From assembly GCA_963784995.1 (NCBI GenBank), contig CAWATZ010000006.1, positions 72,853 through 136,852 of the forward strand: a stretch of 64,000 nucleotides of DNA. Direction: 5' to 3'. A program made the translations under genes and the position numbers. This document shows positions 39,465 through 50,575 of the stretch, piece by piece (the first letter of the stretch is position 1; every line of letters starts with the position of its first letter). The stretch comes from an uncultured Planctomycetota bacterium. Lineage in GTDB: Bacteria > Planctomycetota > Planctomycetia > Gemmatales > Gemmataceae. The notes beneath the pieces are model-generated. The model had not been told where the DNA came from, searched no databases, and worked only from the letters and a program-made list of their open reading frames with translations.

Positions 39465-40786
39465 TCAGGTGTACCGGCTGGTCTGGTGTTCCGGCTGGAA
39501 GAAGGTCGGCAGCAGCCGATCGACCTGCAGCAGCCCCTGGCGCGTCACCGCGACGCGGTCGGCCGAGAGGGTCACGTTGCCCGCGTCGGCCAGCTTCCGG
39601 AACCCGTCGCCAAACCGCTCCAGGATGTTAACCCCGAATTTGGCCTGGAAGTAGCGAGAATCGAGCGATCCAGTCTTCAGCTGGAGGATCATTTCGCGGA
39701 TCAGCCGCTGCTCGGCCGTCACCGGCAGGGCGCGGTTGAGCGGCAGCTCGTTGCGGTTGAGCAGCGCCAGGTACTGGTCCCAGGCATCGACGTTCTGGAC
39801 GTGGACGCCGTGAATGTGCCCGAACGAGGCCACGCCGGTGCCGAACATGTCGGCCCCGTGCCAGAGACTGTCGCGGTAGGCGAACTTGGTCCGCTCCCGG
39901 TCGCGCGCACCAGGGTGTAGGCGCTGGACACCTGATACCCCGCCGCGAGCATGGTATCGAAGGCGTAGCTGACCCAGGCCCGCTTGGTGGGCCAGTCGGC
40001 GATCTGCTGCCGCGGCTCATCCTGGCCGATCAGGTGCAGTTCCCGCGAGAAGACGGTGTTGTAGGGCAGTTCCATCTGGTAGATGGTGACGCTTTCGGGA
40101 GCCAGTTCGATGGTCTTGCGGACGCAGTCGCGCCAGTTGTCCCAGGTCTCGCCGACCATGCCGGCGATCAGGTCGATGTTGATCTGATCGAAGCCGACCT
40201 GCCGGGCCCAGCCGTAGGCCCGGAAGATCTCTTCGGACAGATGCGCCCGGCCGTTCTCCTCCAGGATCTGATCGCTGAAGTTCTCGATCCCCAGGCTGAG
40301 GCGGGTCACGCCCAGTTCGCGGAGCGCCTCCAGCTTGTGCAGCTGCAGGGTGCCCGGCTCGCACTCGAATGTCACCTCTTGGGCCCCGTCCCAGGGCAAG
40401 ACCGCCTTGACCCGGTTCATCAGGCCGCGGAGTTGATTGGCGCTGAGGTAACTCGGGGTGCCGCCGCCGAAGTAAACGAAGGTCAGGGGCCGGCCGCCGA
40501 CAGCGGGCAGACTGCTGTAGAGGGTGACTTCCTTGACCAGGGCATCGAGGTAGGTTTCGACGTCCCGGGCGTTCTTGTCGGTGTAGACGCGGAAGTAGCA
40601 GAACTTGCAGCGTTTGCGGCAGAACGGAATGTGCAAGTACAGGCCCAGCGGCGTGCCGGGCTCGGGGGGCTGTTCCAGGGCAGTGCGAGCGGCGGCGAGG
40701 TAAGTGGGCTTCCAGTGGGAAAACGGCGGGTAGTTGGCGACGAAGTAATTGCCAAGGCCCGTCTTTTCCTGGGTGTCGGCAAGCAT
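39465..40786 (-). CDS. hemN: oxygen-independent coproporphyrinogen III oxidase-like radical SAM protein (HemN/HemW family); frameshift near 39860
   Basis: YLHIPFCRKRCKFCYF radical-SAM cluster motif, GGGTPS, and a HemN_C-like C-terminal domain in the adjacent frame (39465-39848). Confidence 0.8.
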
Positions 40787-40976
40787 GGTGTACCTTACAG
40801 GCGGGGGGTAGGGGCGCAGCAGCGGCGTCGGCGCGGCAGCCACTGTGCCATTGTACCGCCCCGGACGGGGCTGCCAAGTGCATAAGTTTTTCATTGCACC
40901 CCCCATCGGCCCTGGGTATACTCGCTACCATCTCTTGACTCCTCCTCACCAACGCAGGATCGCAGCGGAAGCCGCC

Positions 40977-41597
40977 CATGAAGCCCGACACGTCCGCCTA
41001 CGGTTCGGTCACGGCCCTCCTCGAGCGCCTGAAGAGCGGCGACCACGAGGCCGCACGCCTGCTGTGGCAGCGCTACTACCCGCGTCTGGTGGCGCTGGCC
41101 CGGCAGAAGCCGCAATCGGGGTAGTCCAGCGTGGCGTCGCCGACGAGGAGGACGCGGTCCTCAGCGCCTTCAACAGCTTCTGCCGCCGGGCCGAAGAGGG
41201 GCACTTCCCCGACCTGAAGGACCGCGACGGCTTGTGGGCCTTGCTGGTGGTCCTCACGGTCCGCAAGGCCGCCGACCTGCTCCGGCACCACCAGCGCGAG
41301 AAGCGCGGCGGCGGTCTGGTCCAGGACGAGTCGGTCCTGCAGCCAGCCCAGGGTGACAGCGGCCCGGGCGGCCTTGACGTCCTGCCGGGCGACGAGCCGA
41401 CACCGCTGGAAGCGGCCCTCCTGGCGGAAGTAGTCGAGAACCTGCTGGCGCGGCTGCGTGAATCAGCGTTGCGTCAAATCGCGGTCTGGAAACTGGAGGG
41501 CTACACCAATGCCGAGATTGCCTCTCGACTGGGCTGTTCCGAGCCGACCGTGGAGCGCCGGCCGGTCATCATCCGCCGCTTGCTGAAAGGACCGTGA
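40977..41597 (+). CDS. ECF sigma factor (planctomycete kinase-associated type); frameshift near 41115
   Basis: MKPDTSAYGSVTALLERLKSGDHEAARLLWQRYYPRLVALARQK. Then a -1 shift into ...DEEDAVLSAFNSFCRRAEEGHFPDLKDRDGLWALLVVLTVRKAADLLRH.... Region 4 is LRQIAVWKLEGYTNAEIASRLGCSEPTVERR. Confidence 0.75.
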   Translation, partial: HEARHVRLRFGHGPPRAPEERRPRGRTPAVAALLPASGGAGPAEAAIGVVQRGVADEEDAVLSAFNSFCRRAEEGHFPDLKDRDGLWALLVVLTVRKAADLLRHHQREKRGGGLVQDESVLQPAQGDSGPGGLDVLPGDEPTPLEAALLAEVVENLLARLRESALRQIAVWKLEGYTNAEIASRLGCSEPTVERRPVIIRRLLKGP

Positions 41598-41629
41598 TCC
41601 CAACGTCCAGTCGAAGCGAAGGAAAAGCG

Positions 41630-42553
41630 ATGATACACGATAAACGATTCAAGGTGCTGTTGCGGGAGTTTCTGCGGGAGTTCCCGGCGCTGTTCTTTCC
41701 GGAGCTGTTTCCCCACCTGGACCTGGCCAAAGCGGACTGGCTGCACCAGGAGCTTTATCACGCGCTTCAAGAGGGCAGCACGGAGACCATCGACCTTTTG
41801 GTCCGGGTGCCACTCTTGTCCTCGGCAGCCAGCCTCGCTCCTCCCGATTGTCCGACATTCGATGCCATCCTCCTTCACATCGAGGTCGAGTCGGCTGACA
41901 CGGTGGCACCCTTCCGCAAACGGACGTACCACTATTATCACCAGCTGACCGAGGTCCACGGACTGAACGTGTTTCCGATCGCGGTGTATCTGCGAGTGGG
42001 GTTGGAGGGCCGGGGCAAGGATGCCTACGAGGTCCGCGTGCTGAACCGGACCCCTCTGCGCTTCGAGTATGATTACGTCGGGCTACCCGGTTTGGAGGGC
42101 AAGGATTACCTCCACCAGGACAACCCGCTGGGGATCGCCTGGTCCGCCCTGATGCGCTGGTCGCGGAAGCAGCGTGCCCAGGCCGCCGTCGAGGCCCTGG
42201 ACCGCATCGTGGCCAGCGCGGAGAGCCCGGCCCGCAAGATGCTGCTGTGTGAGTGCGTACAGGCGTATGCTCCCCTGGAAGACGACCAGCGTCTTGAGAT
42301 ATACTCGCTATTGAAACAACCTGAACATGAAGGAGTCCGTGCCATGGTCAAAACCTGGTCCGAAGAAGGCGAAGAAAGAGGCATCCTGAAAGGGCAACGC
42401 GAACTGTTGCTCAAACAACTGGTGGTGAAATTCCCCACGTTGAGCAAGGCAGCGCGTGAACGAGTGGCCAGTTGGCCACTGGAGAAAATCAACGAGGTGG
42501 GAGTCGCCATGTTCAACGCCCAATCGCTGCGCGAGCTGGGGCTGGAGGACTGA
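41630..42553 (+). CDS. Rpn/YhgA-like PD-(D/E)XK nuclease family protein ('transposase_31') with DUF4351 C-terminus
   Basis: KRFKVLLREFLREFPALFFPE... N-terminus typical of YhgA/Rpn. C-terminal ERGILKGQRELLLKQLVVKFPTLSKAARERVASWPLEKINEV is DUF4351-like. Confidence 0.75.
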   Translation: MIHDKRFKVLLREFLREFPALFFPELFPHLDLAKADWLHQELYHALQEGSTETIDLLVRVPLLSSAASLAPPDCPTFDAILLHIEVESADTVAPFRKRTYHYYHQLTEVHGLNVFPIAVYLRVGLEGRGKDAYEVRVLNRTPLRFEYDYVGLPGLEGKDYLHQDNPLGIAWSALMRWSRKQRAQAAVEALDRIVASAESPARKMLLCECVQAYAPLEDDQRLEIYSLLKQPEHEGVRAMVKTWSEEGEERGILKGQRELLLKQLVVKFPTLSKAARERVASWPLEKINEVGVAMFNAQSLRELGLED

Positions 42554-42561
42554 CAGGCTGC

Positions 42562-42644
42562 CGTTGCCACCCGGATGGGCTGTTCCGTGCCGACCGTGGA
42601 GCAGTGGCTGGCCATCATCCGCCACTTTCTGATGGAACCGTGAT
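42562..42644 (+). pseudogene. diverged duplicate of the ECF sigma factor gene 3' end
   Basis: About 78% identity to 41515-41597. Translates VATRMGCSVPTVEQWLAIIRHFLMEP*, against IASRLGCSEPTVERRPVIIRRLLKGP*. Confidence 0.8.
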
Positions 42645-42795
42645 GGCTCGCGGGACGATTTGACGATTGCCTTATTAGGTGGTGTGCGGAACCCCTCACC
42701 GTAGCGGGGCCGTTCGCCACCCTTCGCAAAATGGGCGAAGGGTGGCGAACGGCCCCGTTTCGCTGAATAGCAGAGGAGTTTCAGGTAGGACCAAG

Positions 42796-45700
42796 ATGAG
42801 CGACGCATCATCGCTGCTGAACGACCTGTCGGAGGAGGCGATCTGGCGTCTTGAAGAGGTCTGCTGCCGCTTCGAGCAGTCCTGGCAGACCGGCTCCCGG
42901 CCATGCCTGGAGGATTTCCTCTCCAGCACAACGGGGGCCGAGCGGCTCGCCCTCTTGCGCGAATTGCTGGTCCTGGACACCTACTACCGCCGCCGGGCCG
43001 GCGAGGAACCCTCGGTGCAGGACTACGCCACGCGCTTCCCCGACGCCGCCGACCTGCTCAGCGAGCTGGTCCCCGCCCTCCCCGAGGGCGGCGAGGCGTC
43101 TTCGGCACAGGGGGCCGAGAGTACCACCGATGACGTCGTCCGCACTGGCCCCTTCCTCGGGGCCAGGGACGCAGGCGGGCAGGAAGCTGGTCCTGCCCTC
43201 GATGCTCCGGCGGCGGGCCGCTTCCGGATGCTGCGCTTCCACGCGGCCGGCGGCCTGGGCGAGGTGTTCGTGGCCGAGGACCAGGAACTGCACCGCGAGG
43301 TCGCTCTCAAGGAGATCCAGCGCAAGTTTGCAGGCCACGACGAGTGCCGGGAACGCTTTGTGCTGGAAGCGGAGATCACCGGCAACCTCGAGCATCCGGG
43401 GATCGTGCCGGTCTACGGGCTTGGCACTTACCCCGACGGCCGGCCCTACTACGCCATGCGGTTCATCCGCGGCGAAACCCTGGGCACCGGCCATCAAGCA
43501 ATTCCACACGCAGACGCCGGTGCGTTTCGACTCCCTGACCTTCCGCCAGTTGCTGGGCCGGTTGGTGTCGGTGTGTCAGGCCGTGGCCTATGCGCACAGC
43601 CGTGGCGTGCTGCACCGGGACATCAAGCCGGGCAACGTCATGCTGGGCAAGTACGGCGAGACCCTGGTCGTGGACTGGGGCCTGGCCAAGGTCATCGGCC
43701 GGCCGGACGCCGGAGAGGCGGCTCCTGGGGAGGAGGGGTTGCTGCGCCCTTCCTCAGGAGGCGGGGCCCAGGCCACGCAGGGCGCGGTGGGCACGCCGGC
43801 GTTCATGAGCCCCGAACAGGCGGCGGGCAAGGTGGCGGAGCTGGGTCCGGCGACCGACACGTATAGCCTGGGAGCGACCCTCTATGAGCTGCTCACTAAC
43901 CGAGCGCCCTTCAAGGGCCCGGTGGTCGAGGTCATCAAGCAGGTCGAGAAGGGTGCCTGGCAGCCGGCGTGCCAGGTCAATGCCGCCGTGCCGCCAGCGC
44001 TGGACGCGATCTGCCGCAAGGCGATGGCGCTGCGTCCGGAGGAGCGCTATGGTTCGGCGCTGGCGTTGGCCGAGGACCTGGAGCACTGGTTGGCCGACGA
44101 ACCGGTGGGGGCTTACCAGGAGCCGGCCTGGGCGCGGCTGCGGCGATGGATGCGGAAACACCCCCGGCGGGTGAATGCAGCCGCAGCGTCGCTGGTCGCG
44201 GCAGTGGTCGTCCTGGCGGTAAGCGCGGTGGTCCTGGAAAGCAGCAGACAGGCGACACAGCGAAGCCTGGACACGGTACAGGAGCAGGCGGACTACTTCG
44301 TGTCGGAGGTGAGTGACAACCTGTTGCTGAACGAGCCAGGGCTGCAGCCACTGCGTCGGCGCATTCTGATGAAAACGGTGGAGGGCTACGCGAAGTTCCT
44401 CAAGGACCGCCCTGGAGATCCTCACGCTCGGCAGCAGCTGGCTGGGGCGAAGCGGCAACTGGGGGAATTGTGTGCGCAGATGAGCCAGCTTCGGGAGGCC
44501 AGGGCGTATGAGATCCAGGCCGTGGAGGATTATGAGGCGTTGTTGCAGCAGACGCCGACGGACCGAGGATCGCTGTTCGGGCTGGCGCGTGCCCGATACG
44601 TGATCGCCGACCTGCACGCGCAAGAGGGTAAATCCGAAGAAGGGACGAAGGAGGTTGAGCGGTCGATCGCGCTCCTGAAGACGCTGACAACCGAGGAACC
44701 GGGGAACGTCGCTTACCTGCTCCTGCTGGCCCGGTGCTATGAATTCCGGACAACAACTGAAGCCCAGCAGGGTAATGTGGAGTCGGGCCTCGCCGACAAC
44801 GAGCGGGTCCTGGAGACGCTGGGAAAGGCAGGTGTCCGCAATCCTGCCCACACACATTGGAGCGCCCCGGGGTGGGAGGGACCCCGCGTAGTCGATCACG
44901 GGCAAACCACGCCCCAAGCAATGGCCTGGCCGCGCGACCTCATGCTGGGACGCGCTTACACCACCCAGGGGACCTTGCTCAGCATGGCCGGTCGGAACAG
45001 CGAAGCGGTCCGGTTCCTCGAGGAGGCAATCGCCATCCATCGCCCGCTCCTGAAACAGAACCCTCGGGCAGGTCAGGTAAGCCACGGATTGGCTCTGGCC
45101 TTGCTCCACTCGGGCCGCGTCCTGGTCCAGCTCGACATGCCAGGGAGGGGTGAGGTCGCCCTTCGCGAAGCACTCGGGTTGATGCAACGGCTGGTCCAGG
45201 ATGATCCCCAAGTGAAGGAATACCGGGCCACCCGGCTGCTGGCCGCTGGCTACCTGGGCGATTCGCTTTTCCGCCAGGGCCGGACAGCCGCCGCCGCGGA
45301 ACTGCTCCGGGAGGTCGTCCAGGAGGGAGACAAGGAACTGGACCGTTCGTGCAAGGACCACAACGTGCGTGGGCAACACGCCCGCTTGCTCTCCGTCCTG
45401 GGGCGCCTGGAGGTCGAGGCCGGAAACTTTGACCGGGGCCTCGACATTTGCCGGATGGCCCAGGAGAAACTGGAGCAAGCCCTCCGCGAGACGTCGGGCG
45501 ACCGTTCGTTGCGCAGCGACTGGCTGGCCAACCGCGAAACGCTGGCCCGCTGTCGCTTCCTGAAGGAGGAGTTCAGCCGGGACGACTGGATTGCTGAGCA
45601 GCGGGCGATCCTCAAGGAACGGCAGGCCCTCGTGAGTCAAGGCCCGCCCGCCCCCCAGTTCCAGGGGGAAGTGGCAGGGTCAGCCGTCATCCTGGCGGGG

Positions 45701-46369
45701 CTGTTGCTCGAGGCCAATCAACCAGCCGAGGCGCTGGCTTGCGTTGACGAAGCGTTGCCAGGCCAGGAGCAACTCGTGCGGGATGAGCAGGAACGAGTGA
45801 AGAAGGCCGTGAAGGAACAACAGGAGGCCGGGCAAGGCCCTCTCAAGCCTGACCGTGACCAGTCGATCCAGTTTTACCTGCAGAGAACGGCAATCGTCCC
45901 CGACAACGCGCTGCACCGTCAGTGGGCACTGCTCCTTGCTCGTCGGGGAGCCGCGCTGGCCCGTCTCGGCCGGGGCGCGGAAGCGGTCGAAGCCGTCCAG
46001 CAGGCCGTCAGGATCACCGCAGGCATCCTCAGTGGAAACCGCCCGGTGCAGTTCCCGCCAGCCTCCCCGGCAGCACTCTGGACGTTCCTCCCAACGCTGC
46101 TCTGGCCGCTGGAAACGTGCGATCTCTACGACCTGGCCTGCCACCTGGCGCTGGCCTCGACGCTGCCCGGCGCCAACGGCAGGCCCGACGCGGCGGAGCA
46201 GGCGGTGGCTGCCCTCCGCTGCTGCATCGCCTCCGGCTTCGACAACCTCCATCAGCTCCGGACCGACCCGGCCCTGGAGCCGCTGCGGAAACGAGAAGAC
46301 TTCCAGAAACTCGTCCACGCCCTCGAGGCCAGTCGCCCGGGGCGCAAGGACGCTACCGCGAACCCCTAA
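42796..46369 (+). CDS. Ser/Thr protein kinase with long TPR/tetratricopeptide C-terminal region (frameshift near 43490)
   Basis: Kinase subdomains ([20 protein letters not shown]; then in the second frame [31 protein letters not shown]). A TM segment ([19 protein letters not shown]). About 700 aa of TPR-like helices. Confidence 0.8.
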
Positions 46370-46379
46370 AGAAGGGAGA

Positions 46380-47512
46380 ATGCCCATGCCCACTCCGCAA
46401 GCCTCTGTTCAAAACTCGCGCCGACGCTCGGCCTATACCCTGATCGAGTTGCTGGTGGTGATCGCCATTATCGCCGTCTTGATCGGCCTGCTCCTGGCTG
46501 CCGCCCAGTCCGCGCGGGCGGCAGCGAGTCGCGCCCAGTGCCAGAACAACCTGAAGCAAATCGCCCTGGCTGTGGCCAACTACGAAAGCGCGATCGGGGT
46601 GTTGCCGCCAGGGATCAATGTTAGCCCCAATTCGACCGACCCGAACGACGCTTATAACTGGCCGAAGCCCTGGGCAGGTCCGTACGTGGGTTGCCTGGCC
46701 TACCTGCTGCCCTACCTCGGGCAGGGCGTCGTTTATAAGGAACTCTGGGACTTCAATACACCTGCCCTTGCGCCTGGGGCCCTGTTCCAGCCTGACACGA
46801 CTTGTCCTGCCTGGGCTTACGGCTTCGGGCCCTGGGACTTCCAGGAGCCCACCATTATTGCGCAGGGGCTGCAGAACGGGACGGGCAATCGCTACCCCAC
46901 GGCCGCCAACAAAAAGTTTCCGACGTTCCTCTGTCCGGCTGACCCCGGCACTCCCGGTGCCGTTGTCACAGACATGCTGATGATCAACTCCGACGCCAGG
47001 CTGAATTGGGGCGTCTGGAACGATACCGTGCTGAACATCCCTGATTATGGGAAGGACCTGGGCGCACCAACTACCTCGCCGTTGGTGGAGCGTTCGGGAA
47101 GGTTCAACCAGGAGACCCCAGAACGGACCACGCACAAGGGGCGCGCTTCGCCGGAATCTATTACGCCAACTCGACGACCAGGACCACGGACATAACCGAC
47201 GGCCCGTCGAACACGCTGGCCTTTGGCGAGTCTCTGGGCGGGCTCCTCAACAATGGCACTCGGATGGATGAATTCTCCTGGTTGGGGGCAGGGTGGATGC
47301 CAACGTGGTATGGCCTCCAACCCATCTACGGCTCACAGAACAACGATTACAAGTGGATTCAGTTCCAGAGCATGCACCCCGGCCGTGTTGTGAACTTTGC
47401 CTTCGGCGACGGCTCGGTTCGCGGGATCAGCCAGTCGGTAGACTTCGACACCTTCATCGCTGCCTCTGGGATGCAGGATGGGGTGCCAGTCAACCAGGCC
47501 CTCCTGCAATAA
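46380..47512 (+). CDS. DUF1559 (H-X9-DG) prepilin-like N-terminal domain protein (one or more frameshifts, 47090-47260)
   Basis: [66 protein letters not shown]-terminal [19 protein letters not shown] (the H-X9-DG motif) is in the 47264 frame. Confidence 0.8.
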
Positions 47513-47552
47513 CGGTAAACGCTTCCTGGCCCCTTTGAAACGAGGTTCTCCC

Positions 47553-47732
47553 ATGCGCGCGATGAGCCGATTCCTGCTCGCTGCTCTGCTGACAGGGCTT
47601 GTCGTTGGCTGTCAAGCGAAGTCGAAGCATGCAGGTTCGACAAACACTCGCCCAGCTGAAAACGCCACGCCAGGTAAAACCACCCAGCAAGACCTTGAGA
47701 GAAAAATGCAGCGAGCGCAACAGGCAGAGTAG
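47553..47732 (+). CDS. small lipoprotein
   Basis: MRAMSRFLLAALLTGLVVGCQAKS carries a lipobox (LVVGC). Confidence 0.5.
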   Translation: MRAMSRFLLAALLTGLVVGCQAKSKHAGSTNTRPAENATPGKTTQQDLERKMQRAQQAE

Positions 47733-47902
47733 CCTGCTTGCGGCACGAACTTCGGAAGCAGGAAGGCTGTGCGGATGCGGGTCGAAACCAGGCGTTTCTC
47801 CTGGATTCGGGCTGCGGCAGTTCTCCGCACGATTGCCGCGGTAACCACCACACTGCCCGTTGCCTTGGCCTGGAACGGCACAGGCGCGTTGCCGCAGGCG
47901 CT

Positions 47903-48483
47903 TCAGACAGCAGAAGGAGTGAGGGACCGCTCAAAGTCGGTGGGAGAGGGCGTCAAGACTGCCTGGCGCAACCAGTCGCTCAGTTGCCGCACGTCCGTGT
48001 TCTTCTCCAGCGCCGAGCGCACCCCATCCGGCACGGGCGCCTCCGGGAAACGCGCTTGCAGCACGTTCACCACTGCTGCCCGCGCGTTCGTCAGCGTTCC
48101 CTCCTGAAAAGCCTCCTTGTGCCACTCACGCACGACTTCGGATTCTCGCACGTTGAATCCCTCCAACCCCGTTTGCCAGAGCTGCTTGCGGCCGGCCAGA
48201 TCGGCGAACACCAACGCCAGGGCGACGTAATCGGCAAGCAGATGCAACTGTTTCTGACGCAGCGCCAGCTCGCGCCAGCGCTGCACGACGTCCGGCTGGT
48301 CGGCCCCCGCCATTACAGGCAGCCACACCAAAATGCACAAGCCGAGTTCGCCCCGCTCGATGTTGGCTGCCAGCCGAAGAACTCCAGGTCCTCGTCCACT
48401 TCATCCAGGAGCCAGCGGAACTGCTCCACCGGTTCGACCTCATGGAGGGCATGCCGTTCCGCGTCATCATCAAAGTCCGCCAT
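47903..48483 (-). pseudogene. Rpn/YhgA-like / DUF4351 family paralog 3, truncated and frameshifted
   Basis: N-terminus MADFDDDAERHALHEVEPVEQFRWLLDEVDEDLEFFGWQP (48313-48483). C-terminal part ...CILVWLPVMAGADQPDVVQRWRELALRQKQLHL...DVRQLSDWLRQAVLTPSP (47903-48340). The middle section is missing. Confidence 0.7.
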
Positions 48484-49429
48484 CGCTTCCCTTCTTTTCC
48501 TGGGATTCCACAACCGCTTGCATTGGAGCCTCACCGCCCTGCACTTCCTGCTTCGGCCGGGCTTTCCCCAGCGGTGCCAGCATCCAGACGCAGGCCGCCC
48601 CGACCAGGGCCAGCACGCCCGAACAGACCTGCTGCACGTACAACGTCATGTAGCCCCGGCCGCACCCCAGCGTCCACCACGCCAGCCCGGCCGCGCAGAC
48701 GGCACCAACGCAGGCCTCCAGAATGGCCTTCGGCAACCGAGTTACCAGGAGCAGCAGCCCAATGCCGACAACTGAGGCAATCGCCACGATGATCCACGAC
48801 GGACCCGCGTAAGGGAACGGGGCCTCGGCGAGCTGTTCGGCGCTCACCGCATGCTCCAGCGGCGTGACCCACAGGTAGATGGGGCGTTCGACGCCATCTT
48901 CTCGCGATTTCACCTGGACGACCTTTGTCGGCGTGACTCCCGGCATGCTGAACTGATGCGACACGATCCGAGCGCCCGGTTCCATCTGGTCCAGTTGCGG
49001 GATCAGCTGGGCATTCAGGCTCGGCTTCAGGTAGAGGGTGATGACCGTCGCAGGGCGCAGGTCGAGCTTGAAGATGTCGCCCTGCCGGATCGTCACCAGG
49101 TCTTGCACTCCGTTCCGGACCGCGTTGGCCCGCGACTCCTCCACGCGTGCCGGATCGATGTCGATGCCGGTTGCTTTGCAGCCGTACTTTTTGGCAGCCG
49201 TCACCACGAAGCGGCCGTCGCCGCAACCCAGGTCGTAAACAGTGGCTTTCTCATCGACCCCGGCCAGTTCCAGCATCTTCTCCACCACGTCCTGGGGAGT
49301 GGGAATCGGCGGCGCATCGGGCAGATGCGTATCCTGGAGGTGCAAGAAGAGCGCGACCCAGATCACCCCGGCGATGCCGACCAGCAGCGGAGGAAGGTTT
49401 CGGAGCACGGTTCCCTCAGGAAGAGACAA
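48470..49429 (-). CDS. class I SAM-dependent methyltransferase with C-terminal membrane anchor
   Basis: VYDLGCGDGRFVVTAAKKYGCKATGIDID is SAM-binding motif I. Two C-terminal hydrophobic helices. Confidence 0.75.
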   Translation of the reverse strand: MSLPEGTVLRNLPPLLVGIAGVIWVALFLHLQDTHLPDAPPIPTPQDVVEKMLELAGVDEKATVYDLGCGDGRFVVTAAKKYGCKATGIDIDPARVEESRANAVRNGVQDLVTIRQGDIFKLDLRPATVITLYLKPSLNAQLIPQLDQMEPGARIVSHQFSMPGVTPTKVVQVKSREDGVERPIYLWVTPLEHAVSAEQLAEAPFPYAGPSWIIVAIASVVGIGLLLLVTRLPKAILEACVGAVCAAGLAWWTLGCGRGYMTLYVQQVCSGVLALVGAACVWMLAPLGKARPKQEVQGGEAPMQAVVESQEKKGSDGGL

Positions 49430-49557
49430 GGTTTGTCGCTAATCTATCGTCTCGACGTTCTTCGGCAACCGGGAAGGTCAGCGTTGCCTTCGCCCCGGAA
49501 CCGTTTACAATCAGCACAGTTTCCTCTTGCTGCAACTGTCCCTGCGGAGCCTGACTC

Positions 49558-50313
49558 ATGCACCCGGTCCTGCGCTGCTTCTGCCTGACGCTGCTTGTCC
49601 TTGCCCTTCCCGTGCTGATCCAGCCCGCGGTTTCGGCCGAGCCGAAATGGCTGGAGCTGACCGGCGCGAAATGGCAGGAGTTCTGGAAACCGCCGCTGGG
49701 CGACTGGTATCGGACCGACAGCGTCGGCCTCGATCCGGACAATCCGAAGAGGCTCAAGGGCAAGCCGGGCCAAGGCGACATCCTGGTCAACGGCCCGAAG
49801 GGCGTGGTCCGCGACCTGTACACCAGGCAGAGCTTCGGCGACGTCGAGCTGCACGCCGAGTTCTTGATCGCCAAGGGGTCCAATTCCGGCATCAAGTTCC
49901 ACGGCCACTACGAGATTCAGATCCTGGATAGCCACGGCAAGAAGAAACTGACCGGCGACGACTGCGGCGGCATCTACCCCCGGGCCGAATTGCTGCCGCG
50001 CTACCGCTATCTCGATGAGGGCATCCCGCCGAAGGTCAACGCCGCCAAGCCGGCCGGCGAATGGCAGATGCTCGACGTGATCTTCCTGGCCCCGCGCTTC
50101 GACAAGGACGGCAAGAAGACGCGAAACGCCCGCATCGTCAAGGCGACCCTCAATGGCCAGCTCATCCACGAGAACCAGGAACTGCTGACGCCCACCGGTC
50201 ACAACTACAAGAACAAGGAAGTGGCCACCGGGCCGCTGATGCTCCAGGGCGATCACGGTCCCGTCGCCTTCCGCAACGTCCGCGTGCGGGAGCAGCCAGG
50301 GAAGAAGGAATGA
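49558..50313 (+). CDS. secreted DUF1080 (3-keto-disaccharide hydrolase-like, concanavalin-type jellyroll) protein
   Basis: Signal peptide, then ...DILVNGPKGVVRDLYTRQSFGDVELHAEFLIAKGSNSGIKFHGHYEIQILDSHGK...DCGGIYP, the DUF1080 core. Confidence 0.8.
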   Translation: MHPVLRCFCLTLLVLALPVLIQPAVSAEPKWLELTGAKWQEFWKPPLGDWYRTDSVGLDPDNPKRLKGKPGQGDILVNGPKGVVRDLYTRQSFGDVELHAEFLIAKGSNSGIKFHGHYEIQILDSHGKKKLTGDDCGGIYPRAELLPRYRYLDEGIPPKVNAAKPAGEWQMLDVIFLAPRFDKDGKKTRNARIVKATLNGQLIHENQELLTPTGHNYKNKEVATGPLMLQGDHGPVAFRNVRVREQPGKKE

Positions 50314-50329
50314 GGGTCGATTGCCGATC

Positions 50330-50540
50330 GCTTCGTGCGTTTTCTTCGGTCGGACTTCTTTTCTTTGCTTTTCCCTCGCCCGCCCCACGTGCTGGGACTG
50401 GTTCCGCCCCTCTTGACTCGTTGCGGAGAACCTGTTTCCATGCCCCCGATTCAACCTTCGCGCGTCCTCCTCCCCGCGCTGCTGCTGACGCTCGTTTCTC
50501 TCCCTGTCAATGCTCAACCTCGGCCGGGCACGTCTGCCGA
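50330..50540 (+). repeat. duplicate (about 80% identity) of the promoter-leader and signal-peptide region of the 52127 amidohydrolase gene
   Basis: Matches 52020-52230. Encodes [30 protein letters not shown], against [30 protein letters not shown]. Identity ends where gene 50576-51058 begins. Confidence 0.8.
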
Positions 50541-50575
50541 AGCCGACGATTCGGGACGGCAAACTCATTCGGGCT

